Positions 7,595-16,344 of a DNA stretch of 46,718 nt are shown in pieces. The position numbers and the translations under genes were made by a program. The notes beneath the pieces are model-generated. The model worked only from the letters and a program-made list of their open reading frames with translations, made no database searches and was not told the DNA's origin. How positions within the stretch are numbered: position 1 is the first letter of the stretch; every line of letters starts with the position of its first letter. The stretch is taken from NCBI GenBank assembly GCA_041485695.1, contig JBGPJZ010000004.1, positions 1 to 46,718 on the forward strand, written 5' to 3'. The stretch comes from Minisyncoccia bacterium. GTDB taxonomy: Bacteria > Patescibacteriota > Minisyncoccia > Phycocordibacterales > Phycocordibacteraceae.

Positions 7595-9028
7595 TTACGC
7601 CCAAGCCGCAAATGTCCGGGCATAGAGGCGACTGAGGCGACTATATGAGAGGGAGAGACCCGCTGCCACGAAGGAAAAGTAGATGGGCTCGAAGACGACA
7701 CGATAGCGAGCGTCGATACTTGCCGCGACCGGCAGCGTCACCACAATAAAGTATGCGATCGTTGTAGCACCAAAGAGGGCGAGCGTCCGCTGTTCTCTAT
7801 CTCCTTTCTTGAGGACAAGCCCGAAACCAAGAATTGCAAAGAGTATGAAGAGGAACCAGATAGGTCGCAGAATGAACGGAATGATGTACGAGCCTTTCAG
7901 ATACGGTAACAAATCTCTAATCGCCTGAACGGGCCCTTGTTGCACGATGGTAAGCGAGAGCGGGATGGGCGGACGCGTTGCCTCGGCGACGAGGCCTGTG
8001 TGGTTCAACATCCAGAGCATGTTGTCTTGCGTAAGAATCGCCTGGAGGGAGAGGAGCTCGAGGAGAACGAATTCTTTCGGATGTGCTCTTATCGTCGCGA
8101 GCGTGCGCTCTCGGAGGAGCGCATTGAATTTAACATTGTAGAGTTCGTACTCTTTAAGCTCGGTAAGGTACCCTTCATCTTTAAGCTCAGTCAGGTGCGC
8201 GAGATAGCTCGTTGAAAAGTCGGTCTTAGAAACCATAGCATCGATCGTGATCGCAGTGCGGGTATAGGCGTTCACCCACCCGACTGAAGAGAAGGAGAAC
8301 GAGCCGGTCTCTACGTAGTTACGGTAATTCCACGCACCGAGGCACGAGAGCGAGAGGAGGAGAAAACAAAGACCTGCGATAACGCCTTTTTTAAATTCAC
8401 GATTCACATAGTACGGAACCAATACGACGACGAGGGCAATGGGGATAAAATACAGGAGCGCCGGGCGGATATATGCACCAACAACCAAGAGCGCCGTTGC
8501 CGAAAGAACCAGGGAGAGACGCGGTTGTTGAATGTGTTTAAAAAGTACGTAGACAAGGCCGCAGAGAATCGGAATAAAAAGCCCTTCAGTACCGATACCG
8601 AGGCTGTAAAAATTGAGGTGGGGCTCAAACGCCGTCAGGTACCCTGAGAGGAGGGCGACGTCTCTTCGTCTGAAGATCGCAAACGCAAGGAGGACAGCAA
8701 ACACGGGAACGAAAGCGCCCAACACTGCCTGAATGACTGACGCGAGCCAAAAATCATGTGATACGGCGTAGACCGCCGCGAGAAAAAGCGGGTACCCCGG
8801 GGTGCGAAGCGTGTCGGGGAGATAGGGCGTGCTTGTCGAAAGAGAAAATGTCCCTTGTTCAAGCACGTTGTGAGCCAACTGTACGTATTGCTTCGTATCT
8901 ACCCACGAAAGCCCGTTTTTAACGCCAAAATTGAAAAAGAGAAACGAGAACATCGCCAGATGCACAGCAAGAGCTACACAAAATAAGATGACGAGCGAAC
9001 GTCTGCTCAAAAGACCCGGTGTTTCCAT
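7595..9028 (-). CDS. Polytopic GT-C fold glycosyltransferase (ArnT/PMT-like)
   Basis: Many TM segments; D..QY..LA, RTPGYPLFLA, TEGLF, W..RNY, RYR motifs. Confidence 0.8.
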   Translation of the reverse strand: METPGLLSRRSLVILFCVALAVHLAMFSFLFFNFGVKNGLSWVDTKQYVQLAHNVLEQGTFSLSTSTPYLPDTLRTPGYPLFLAAVYAVSHDFWLASVIQAVLGAFVPVFAVLLAFAIFRRRDVALLSGYLTAFEPHLNFYSLGIGTEGLFIPILCGLVYVLFKHIQQPRLSLVLSATALLVVGAYIRPALLYFIPIALVVVLVPYYVNREFKKGVIAGLCFLLLSLSCLGAWNYRNYVETGSFSFSSVGWVNAYTRTAITIDAMVSKTDFSTSYLAHLTELKDEGYLTELKEYELYNVKFNALLRERTLATIRAHPKEFVLLELLSLQAILTQDNMLWMLNHTGLVAEATRPPIPLSLTIVQQGPVQAIRDLLPYLKGSYIIPFILRPIWFLFILFAILGFGLVLKKGDREQRTLALFGATTIAYFIVVTLPVAASIDARYRVVFEPIYFSFVAAGLSLSYSRLSRLYARTFAAWA

Positions 9029-10017
9029 GTGAGCGGTGTCTTGTCGTTAACGAGCTCGAGCTCAAGGTGGTAGGAAAACGGCTTCGGTCCTTTCATCTTA
9101 ATCCACTCAATAAGGTCCGCGAGTCCCTCATTAAGGGTTTTGCTCGTTGTGTACCCCAATAACAAACGGGCCTTATCTGCCGAACATGTCGCGAACTTAA
9201 CTTCAAGCGGCCTATCAACGAAGTGAACCGGTTCTAGAGGGTCAAACTTCATGAGTCGTGCGATGCGCCGTGAAAGCTCGTTGATGGTGATGAACTCGTC
9301 ATCGGGTCCCACATTAATAACCTCGCCTCGCACCTCGGGGAGAAACCCGGCCTTATACATCGGCTCGACGACGTCTTGTACGAACGAGAATCCGCGCTTC
9401 TGCTCGCCGTCACCATAGATGATCGGCTGGCGCCCTTGGAGCATGAGATTGATCATAATCGAGGCGACGTTGCGAAAAGGGTCGTCGTACTTCTGCCGTG
9501 GGCCGATAATGTTGTGCGGCACGATGTGGGTATATTCGAGCCCGTGCGCTTTCGCGAGTGCGGCGATGGTGAGCTCGGCTGCATATTTGGCGATACCGTA
9601 GGGGTCGACGGGCATGGGTTGCATGTCCTCGGTGAAAAGCGGGTTTTCTTGCCTGCCGTAGCGAGCCATGCTCGAAGTGAACACTATCCGCCGTACTCCG
9701 GTGGCGATTGCCGCCGTAACGACCGCGATGGTGGCATTATAGGTGTGCTTGGTGATGAGGTTCGGGGAAAATACCGAGAGCCCTTCATGAGGCGCCGCGG
9801 CACAGTGGTAGACGACCTCAACACCCTTCATTAAGTCACGCATTCTTTCAAAATCACAGCAATCCGCCTCGTAAAACTCAATTCCTTCGGGGACATTCTC
9901 AGGGTACCCGCCAAGAAAGTTGTCGACGCCGATAACCTCGTGCCCTTGCTTGAGGAGTTCATCTGCCAAGTGACTCCCAAGAAAGCCGGCTACGCCGGTT
10001 ACGAACGTTTTAGACAT
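9007..10017 (-). CDS. NAD-dependent nucleotide-sugar epimerase/dehydratase
   Basis: TGVAGFLGS Rossmann motif, SSMARYG, catalytic YGIAK. Confidence 0.92.
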   Translation of the reverse strand: MSKTFVTGVAGFLGSHLADELLKQGHEVIGVDNFLGGYPENVPEGIEFYEADCCDFERMRDLMKGVEVVYHCAAAPHEGLSVFSPNLITKHTYNATIAVVTAAIATGVRRIVFTSSMARYGRQENPLFTEDMQPMPVDPYGIAKYAAELTIAALAKAHGLEYTHIVPHNIIGPRQKYDDPFRNVASIMINLMLQGRQPIIYGDGEQKRGFSFVQDVVEPMYKAGFLPEVRGEVINVGPDDEFITINELSRRIARLMKFDPLEPVHFVDRPLEVKFATCSADKARLLLGYTTSKTLNEGLADLIEWIKMKGPKPFSYHLELELVNDKTPLTWKHRVF

Positions 10018-10019
10018 TG

Positions 10020-10943
10020 CTACAGAGTATTAGATGCGCCCGTTCGGGTCAAACGCGCATATACCTCCCACTCCTCGCCCAAGCAAAACAGTATCTCGAT
10101 ATGAGAAAGGGCGCGCTGGATAACGTTAGGGAGTTTGAGACCCAGGCGTGTGAAGAGGTAGCCGAGAGAAAAATGAAACACGTGCCACCGCCACGAAACC
10201 GGCGTGAGCGAATGGCGTTCAAAAAGCTTTGTGAGGCTCGACTTCGTAAAGTACCAGATGTGAGCCGGAAAGAGGAAATACCAGCGTCTCCCGAGCATCT
10301 TCCTCGTGAGGGACTCGAAGCGCGGAGTAGTGATGAGGAGGACGCCGCCCGGCTTCAAAAGCGAGGCGGCATTATTCACAAGAGTTGCCGGGTCATGAAC
10401 GTGCTCGATGACATCGAACAACGTCACGACGTCATATGCCCTGCTCTTAGAGCCAGAAGCAATCTCGTCCGCGAACTCGATTGGGCTCACGAGAGTAATG
10501 CCGTACTCCTTCTTCGCGTATGCGCGTGCCCAGGACGCTGCCTCTGCCCCGCTTACTTCCCACCCGGCCTTTCTCGCTTCGTCTAAAAACACGCCAGGGC
10601 CCGCGCCGAAATCAAATATGCGGCCGCGTTTACCAAGGAGCCTTTCGATGCGTGAGAGCGTCCGAAAAAACGTCTTGCGCCGGCCCTCTGCTTCAGCAAG
10701 ATACGCGAGGTCTTCAGGCTGTCGGGCGTAATACGCCGTCAGTTCCTCTTCGCGAAGACCAGTCAACGAAAATCCGAAGCCGCACGATGCACACTCGTAA
10801 ATATCGAGCGTTTCTTTGGTGTTCCCCCGCGCGATGCTATAGCCATCTCGTGAAAAGTGGTCTTTGGGAGTAACCGTGCCGGGATAACGGAGCGGAGCCT
10901 CCGCGCCGCACATGGGGCACGGTTCACTCGTCTTTAAAGTCAT
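10020..10943 (-). CDS. Class I SAM-dependent methyltransferase with N-terminal CxxC...CxxC zinc ribbon
   Basis: CPMC and CASC, DFGAGPG, FDVIEHV, LKPGGVL. Confidence 0.88.
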   Translation of the reverse strand: MTLKTSEPCPMCGAEAPLRYPGTVTPKDHFSRDGYSIARGNTKETLDIYECASCGFGFSLTGLREEELTAYYARQPEDLAYLAEAEGRRKTFFRTLSRIERLLGKRGRIFDFGAGPGVFLDEARKAGWEVSGAEAASWARAYAKKEYGITLVSPIEFADEIASGSKSRAYDVVTLFDVIEHVHDPATLVNNAASLLKPGGVLLITTPRFESLTRKMLGRRWYFLFPAHIWYFTKSSLTKLFERHSLTPVSWRWHVFHFSLGYLFTRLGLKLPNVIQRALSHIEILFCLGEEWEVYARLTRTGASNTL

Positions 10944-11664
10944 ACTTGCCGAGGACGTATTTCCCCATAATCCCCAGCACATGGAATCCGTACTGGACTG
11001 GCTTCACATGGCTCACTTCGTCTTCGTACAAGGTCGGTATCGAAATCTCCTTCACGCGGAGTCCGCGCTTAGCGCCTACAAAAAGCATCTCGCCGTCGAA
11101 ATGAAAAGTGTTGGATAATTTTTTAAACGGTATGGTTTGGAGCGCTTTGCGCGAGTAGAGCATGTAGCCCGAGTGGTACTCTGAAAAATGCAGCCCGTAG
11201 ACGAGGTTCTCGAGCGTGCTCAACCCGACATTAGCTACGAATTTGTAGACAGGCATGCCTCCCCGGAGCGCCGCTTTATGGTCCATCATGCGGGAGCCCT
11301 GAACGATGTCCGCCTCTCCGGCCTCAAGCGGTCGGAGAAGGGTCGGCAGTATTTCAGGAGCATATTGCCCGTCAGCGTGAAGCATTGCCACGATGTCAGC
11401 GCCGCGCAGGAGGGCAAACGTGTAACCATCCTTCTGCGCCTGGGCATATCCCTGGTTTTGTTTCTTATCAATCACATGAATTGTAGCGAGGTCTCCAAAA
11501 CGCGACTGAATTTCAGCGATACGCTCCATGGTGTTATCGGTACTCCCGTCGTTCACGATGACAAATTCCGGGTGTTTCTCCCACACCGCCTTTGGCATTC
11601 GTTCGAACACCAATACGATTTTTTTTGCCGCGTTATAAGCCGGCATGAGTATGAAAATCTTCAT
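10924..11664 (-). CDS. GT2 glycosyltransferase (polyprenol-phosphate sugar synthase-like)
   Basis: MPAYNA, VNDGSTD, NQGYA, HADGQY, GSR motifs; start at MKIFIL. Confidence 0.9.
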   Translation of the reverse strand: MKIFILMPAYNAAKKIVLVFERMPKAVWEKHPEFVIVNDGSTDNTMERIAEIQSRFGDLATIHVIDKKQNQGYAQAQKDGYTFALLRGADIVAMLHADGQYAPEILPTLLRPLEAGEADIVQGSRMMDHKAALRGGMPVYKFVANVGLSTLENLVYGLHFSEYHSGYMLYSRKALQTIPFKKLSNTFHFDGEMLFVGAKRGLRVKEISIPTLYEDEVSHVKPVQYGFHVLGIMGKYVLGKYDFKDE

Positions 11665-11717
11665 GGTCGCTTGTACCGCCCTAGTATAACCTAGCGCCTC
11701 CGGAAGCCAACCTTGCA

Positions 11718-11899
11718 GAAACGCCCGACAACATGCCGGGCGTTTCAACGATCATGCACACGCTCCTCCAGGCGCGAACGATATCACTCGAGGATAATTC
11801 CAGTCACCCCACTCAAGGTGGGAACCAGAAAGTCCTTAGGGAAACGCCCGGAGCCGTCAAGCCTTGCCCAGAGGAGTGTGGGCACGATCGAAAGTAACT
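11718..11899 (-). ncRNA. Candidate structured ncRNA (6S-like rod or attenuator) ending in a terminator-like hairpin
   Basis: 25-nt arms 11866-11890 and 11749-11773 pair at 23/25 on the minus strand; apical CCCAC/GTGGG stem; 13-bp hairpin 11718-11746; upstream minus-strand promoter. Confidence 0.6.
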
Positions 11900-11935
11900 G
11901 GTATAATGCTAGCACACAGCGAAGTCGTATGTCAA
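11899..11935. promoter_or_regulatory. Overlapping divergent sigma70-type promoters (ncRNA candidate / ruvB)
   Basis: Minus: TTGACA (11930-11935), 18 nt, TAGCAT (11906-11911) with TG extension. Plus: TGgTATAAT (11899-11907). Confidence 0.7.
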
Positions 11936-12927
11936 CCCCTCGTACAGACACCCCCTTGCCGCTTGACCAATCGCTCGATTCGGCCTTGCGGCCTTCAAGA
12001 TGGGACGAATACATCGGGCAACAGCAAGTAAAGGCCAATGTACGCATCATTTTAGACGCAGCCAAGAAACGCGGGAGCATGCCCGAGCACTTTCTCTTTT
12101 ACGGGCCGCCTGGGGTTGGCAAGACGACGCTCGCGCACCTTATCGCTGCCCAACTCGAGGCTCCGCTTAAAACAACCTCGGGAGTAGCGGTAGAGCGCGC
12201 AGGAGACTTGGCCGCGATTTTAACAAACCTAGAGCCGAACACTGTCTTATTTATCGACGAGATACATCAACTCCCGCGAAAGGTCGAGGAGCTCCTCTAC
12301 CCCGCTCTCGAAAGCGGCACCTTAGATATTATCCTCGGTAAGGGCCCCTCCGCTCGTACTGTCGAGCTCACTCTCCCGTCCTTCACTCTTGTGGGAGCGA
12401 CAACGCGGGTCGCACAACTTTCAGCGCCGCTTCGTTCGCGCTTCGGCGGCGGGGTCTACCAACTCGACTTTTACTCGGAAAACGACTTGAAAGACATCAT
12501 CCGTCGCTCGGCAAAGGTTCTTAACCTCTCGGCTCCCGAGGAGGTCATCAATATGGTAGCGGCTCGGAGCCGAGCGACCCCGCGTGTCGCGAACGCTCTC
12601 TTGAAACGCGTTCGCGACTTTTCTGAAGTGCGCGAGCGCGAGCTTTCTGCACAAGTGTGCGACGAGGCGTGCGAGCTCTTCGGTATTGATGCTACTGGTC
12701 TCACCAAAGACGATCGGCGCTATCTTACGACCCTTGAGAAAAGCTTCCGCGGCGGGCCCGCGGGTATCCGCGCCTTAGCAGCCGCGCTCCATGAAGACCC
12801 CGACACGCTTGAGTATGTCTACGAGCCGTTTCTCCTGCGCCTTGGCTTCATCGAGCGCTCCTCGCAAGGCCGCATCCTGACCGCTCGTGGCCGTGCCTAT
12901 CTCCACGGCGAAAAGAACTTGTTTTAA
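11929..12927 (+). CDS. ruvB: Holliday junction branch migration ATPase RuvB
   Basis: LRP...EYIGQ, YGPPGVGKTTLA, LFIDEIH, FTLVGATTR, YEPFL. Confidence 0.96.
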   Translation: MSTPRTDTPLPLDQSLDSALRPSRWDEYIGQQQVKANVRIILDAAKKRGSMPEHFLFYGPPGVGKTTLAHLIAAQLEAPLKTTSGVAVERAGDLAAILTNLEPNTVLFIDEIHQLPRKVEELLYPALESGTLDIILGKGPSARTVELTLPSFTLVGATTRVAQLSAPLRSRFGGGVYQLDFYSENDLKDIIRRSAKVLNLSAPEEVINMVAARSRATPRVANALLKRVRDFSEVRERELSAQVCDEACELFGIDATGLTKDDRRYLTTLEKSFRGGPAGIRALAAALHEDPDTLEYVYEPFLLRLGFIERSSQGRILTARGRAYLHGEKNLF

Positions 12928-12935
12928 CGAGAAAC

Positions 12936-13493
12936 ATGTCCGGACATAGCAAATGGGCGCAGATAAAAAGGGGAAAGGCGGTCACTGACGCGGCGAAGAG
13001 CCGTGTGTTTTCACGTTTTGCACGTTTAATTGCCCTTGAATCGAAGAAAGCTAACGGGAGTGTAACCGTGCCAGGACTCGCCGCCGTCATTGCGCGTGCA
13101 AAAGCGGCGAATATGCCTAAGGAAAACATTGAACGTGCAATTGCTAAAGGTATTTCAAAAGATTCAGGAGCACCCGAGCAGGTGGTGTACGAGTGCTACG
13201 GACCCGGTGGCACTGCCGTAATCATTGACGCCCTCACGGATAATAAAAATCGCACCACGCAGGAGATAAAGCATTTGCTCATTCTGCATGAGATCGAGCT
13301 CGCCGCCCCGGGGAGCGCACTGTGGGCATTCGCAAAATCACCTGACGGAGCTTTCCTGCCGAAAGAGCCTTTGACTGAAATCGCCGGTGAGGACGAGAAG
13401 AGGCTCGGCGAGATTCTCTCTAGCCTCGACGAACATGAAGATGTGCAAGATGTGTACACGAACGCCCGCGGCTATGAAAGTACTCGGGATTGA
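12936..13493 (+). CDS. yebC: YebC/PmpR family protein (short form, 185 aa)
   Basis: MSGHSKWAQIK, NMPKENIERAI, YECYGPGG, TDNKNRT, DVQDVYTN. Confidence 0.93.
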   Translation: MSGHSKWAQIKRGKAVTDAAKSRVFSRFARLIALESKKANGSVTVPGLAAVIARAKAANMPKENIERAIAKGISKDSGAPEQVVYECYGPGGTAVIIDALTDNKNRTTQEIKHLLILHEIELAAPGSALWAFAKSPDGAFLPKEPLTEIAGEDEKRLGEILSSLDEHEDVQDVYTNARGYESTRD

Positions 13494-13944
13494 TCCCGGA
13501 TTCGACCGCTTAGGGCTCGCGGTTGTCGAGGGCAATCCCTCAAAGCCAATCTTGGTGTGGAGCGAGTGTGTCGAGCCCCCAAAGGGTGCGATGGAGGAAC
13601 GGCTCGCAGCAGTTTCGATAGCTGTTTCTCTCGCAATTAAAAAATACTCCCCCGACGTCCTGTCAGTCGAGACACTCTTTTTCAGTACAAATAGAAAGAC
13701 TGCAATCAACGTGGCACAAGCCCGTGGAGTGGTGCTCGCAGCCGCAGGGGCACATGGTCTTTCTGTCGTCGAATTCTCCCCCCAACAGGTAAAGCTTGCA
13801 GTTACCGGGCACGGCGCCGCCGATAAGACCGCGATTGCGCGCATGATCCCTAAACTCATGGCTCTGCCGCCGAAAAGGCGCCGTGACGACGAGTTTGATG
13901 CTATCGCAGTCGCCCTTGCAGCGCTCTCCACACATGCCTGGTAA
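13474..13944 (+). CDS. ruvC: Holliday junction resolvase RuvC
   Basis: VLGIDPG, VETLFF, QARGV, VKLAVTGHG.ADK, DD..DAIAVA. Confidence 0.95.
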   Translation: MKVLGIDPGFDRLGLAVVEGNPSKPILVWSECVEPPKGAMEERLAAVSIAVSLAIKKYSPDVLSVETLFFSTNRKTAINVAQARGVVLAAAGAHGLSVVEFSPQQVKLAVTGHGAADKTAIARMIPKLMALPPKRRRDDEFDAIAVALAALSTHAW

Positions 13945-14015
13945 GGGGGCTTGCACAAAAAAATAGTTTTGCTCAAATAGAGCCACCCTACCCAGGGCTA
14001 ACCTTTACGCATCGT

Positions 14016-14117
14016 ATGCACGATGACGACAGCAAGCAGCTAGAGAACGAGATCAACGAGCTTGAGGAGGCAGATGCCGAAGAAGAAGAGGAGCCTGAAG
14101 AGGAAGAAGAAATCTGA
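14016..14117 (+). CDS. 33-aa highly acidic micro-protein (not in ORF track)
   Basis: MHDDDSKQLENEINELEEADAEEEEEPEEEEEI (19/33 D or E); followed by a strong hairpin. Confidence 0.6.
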   Translation: MHDDDSKQLENEINELEEADAEEEEEPEEEEEI

Positions 14118-14141
14118 ACGAAAGCAAGATAGCTGGGATGG

Positions 14142-14169
14142 AAACGCGCCCGCCTCAGCGGGCGCGTTT
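14142..14169 (+). terminator. Terminator hairpin
   Basis: AAACGCGCCCGC-CTCA-GCGGGCGCGTTT, perfect 12-bp stem. Confidence 0.75.
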
Positions 14170-14187
14170 GTGCTAGCATTCGGAATA

Positions 14188-16344
14188 ATGCATCGCCCCC
14201 GCCCGTGGTATGCGCTGACGCGCATCGCTGCCGCCCTCCTCTTCTTTCTCGCAGGAGGCTTTCTCTTGTGGGCTGCACTCGTCCCCACGCCTGATATCGC
14301 CTCGTTCGGGAGCCGCGAAGTGACTCAGTCGACCAAAATCTACGACCGGACAGGACAGGTTCTTCTCTATGACTACAATCGCGACGCAAGGCGTGACATC
14401 GTTCCCCTCTCCGCTATCTCGGAGTACGCGCGCAATGCAGCCATCGCGATTGAAGATGCCGATTTCTACCAGCATGGCGGTATCCGCCTAACATCAATCA
14501 TCCGTGCGATGATTGCCGACGTGCTCGGCTCGGGGCCCACCCAAGGAGGTTCGACCATCACTCAACAGGTCGTAAAGAATACCTTGCTCACGAGAGAGAA
14601 GAGCGTCATCCGCAAGGCCCATGAATGGGCGCTCGCCATCAAGATGGAGGAGTCGTACTCGAAAGATCAGATTCTCGAAACGTATCTAAATGATATCCCC
14701 TATGGAGGCACCCTATACGGCATCGAGGCAGCGAGCGAGACTTATTTCGGCATCCCCGCGAAAGATCTCGACCTGGCACAGTCAGCCTATCTCGCGGCAT
14801 TGGTACAGGCTCCTTCGTACTTCTCTCCCTACGGGTCACACACAGGGGAACTTGCGACACGCAAAGACCTGGTGCTGACCCGCATGCAGGAGCTTGGATT
14901 CATCACCAAGGAACAGCAGGCCACGGCGAGCGGCGAAAAGGTCTCGTTTTCAGTGCAAAGCGGCAGTTCTATCGTCGCTCCGCACTTCGTTTTCTATATC
15001 CTCGATTACTTGCGCACCAAGTACGGCGAAACGGCTCTTAAATCCGGCCTCACAGTGACAACAACGCTCGATGCCGACCTCCAAACTCATGCTGAATCAA
15101 TCATCGCTTCCTACAGCGAGAGCAATCTCAAGAATTTCAAGGCGAGCAACGAATCCATGATCGCGCTCGACCCCACGACCGGGCAGATCCTCGCCATGGT
15201 GGGTTCAAAGGACTTCTTCAGTACCGACATCGACGGCCAATACAACGCGACGTTGGCGCTCCGGCAGCCGGGCTCCACCTTTAAGCCGTTCGTCTATGCG
15301 CTCGCTCTCATGAAAGGCTTCACGCGCGACACGGTGGTGTACGACGTGCCGACGCAGTTCTCGACCTCCTGTAACCCGAGTGACATCACCAAAGACGACC
15401 CTCCTTGCTACGCGCCGCAAGACTTCGACGGCCAGTACCGCGGGCCGATGACCTTCGAGACGGCGCTCGCGCAGTCAATCAACATCCCGGCTATCAAGGT
15501 GCTCTATTTGGTGGGCGTCCGTAATGCCGTGGCCCTCGCAGAGTCGCTTGGCATCACGACCCTTGGCGATCCAAACCAGTATGGGCTCACCCTGGTCCTC
15601 GGCGGCGGCGAGGTACGACTCCTCGACCTTGCGAGTGCGTACGGGGTGTTCGCCGCCGACGGGATTCGTAACCCCCCAAGCGGCATTCTTGAGGTCACCG
15701 ACAGCACAGGGAGCGCCCTTGAACAATTCTCCTCTTCAGCGATCCAAGTACTTCCTCCGGATATTGCGCGCGGCATATCGGCGATGCTTTCTGACAACCT
15801 CGCGCGCGTGCCTGAATATCCGATACAGAACCCATTCAACTTCCCCGGATACGATGTAGCCACTAAAACGGGTACCACGAACGACACACGCGATGCGTGG
15901 GTCGTTGGCTATACTCCTTCCATCGTCATCGGCACCTGGGCGGGGAATAATGACAACTCGCCTATGGTGAAAAGTATCGCGGGCTTCATCGTGGCGCCGA
16001 TGTGGCATGACGTCATGTCCTACGCCCTCACGAAGTACCCGAGGGCCTACTTCGGCGAGCCGGCGCCTATTTTCTCCACTGTTCCGCCCATGCTCCAGGG
16101 TAATTGGCAGGTTGCTGACCGCAACGGCCAGCTCGTCCCCCACGATTTGCTGTACTGGGTGGATAAAAATAACCCCCAAGGGCCGCCTCCGGCCGATCCT
16201 CCGAGCGACCCTCAGTTTGCCTATTGGGAATATGCGCTCGGTACCTGGTTCTCTTCACACCCCGGCGCCGTAAACCCACCTCTTTTCGTACCCACCTCCG
16301 CCCCTGATGCTGCGAGCTCAACCCCGACACCCTCCCCCTACTGA
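14188..16344 (+). CDS. Class A penicillin-binding protein (transglycosylase + transpeptidase)
   Basis: EDADFYQHGG, GGSTITQQVVKN, RKAHE, YLN.IPYG; transpeptidase STFK, SIN, KTGT; start at MHRP after the terminator. Confidence 0.95.
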   Translation: MHRPRPWYALTRIAAALLFFLAGGFLLWAALVPTPDIASFGSREVTQSTKIYDRTGQVLLYDYNRDARRDIVPLSAISEYARNAAIAIEDADFYQHGGIRLTSIIRAMIADVLGSGPTQGGSTITQQVVKNTLLTREKSVIRKAHEWALAIKMEESYSKDQILETYLNDIPYGGTLYGIEAASETYFGIPAKDLDLAQSAYLAALVQAPSYFSPYGSHTGELATRKDLVLTRMQELGFITKEQQATASGEKVSFSVQSGSSIVAPHFVFYILDYLRTKYGETALKSGLTVTTTLDADLQTHAESIIASYSESNLKNFKASNESMIALDPTTGQILAMVGSKDFFSTDIDGQYNATLALRQPGSTFKPFVYALALMKGFTRDTVVYDVPTQFSTSCNPSDITKDDPPCYAPQDFDGQYRGPMTFETALAQSINIPAIKVLYLVGVRNAVALAESLGITTLGDPNQYGLTLVLGGGEVRLLDLASAYGVFAADGIRNPPSGILEVTDSTGSALEQFSSSAIQVLPPDIARGISAMLSDNLARVPEYPIQNPFNFPGYDVATKTGTTNDTRDAWVVGYTPSIVIGTWAGNNDNSPMVKSIAGFIVAPMWHDVMSYALTKYPRAYFGEPAPIFSTVPPMLQGNWQVADRNGQLVPHDLLYWVDKNNPQGPPPADPPSDPQFAYWEYALGTWFSSHPGAVNPPLFVPTSAPDAASSTPTPSPY

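Noticed and set aside
10372-10380. TTATTCACA DnaA-box match
   Set aside because: Isolated and inside the methyltransferase CDS, far from dnaA; likely chance
11749-11890. RNase P RNA, SRP RNA, ZTP riboswitch or HDV-like ribozyme identity for the structured spacer
   Set aside because: Only fragments match (GAAAGTCC, GTGACTGG, CTCCTC); the required order, length and pairings are absent
11713-11928. N-terminal extensions given by the ORF track for RuvB (also PBP 14062-14187, Xer 41544-41717, HolA 2528-2644)
   Set aside because: They run through promoters, terminators or other genes, and family similarity starts at downstream codons
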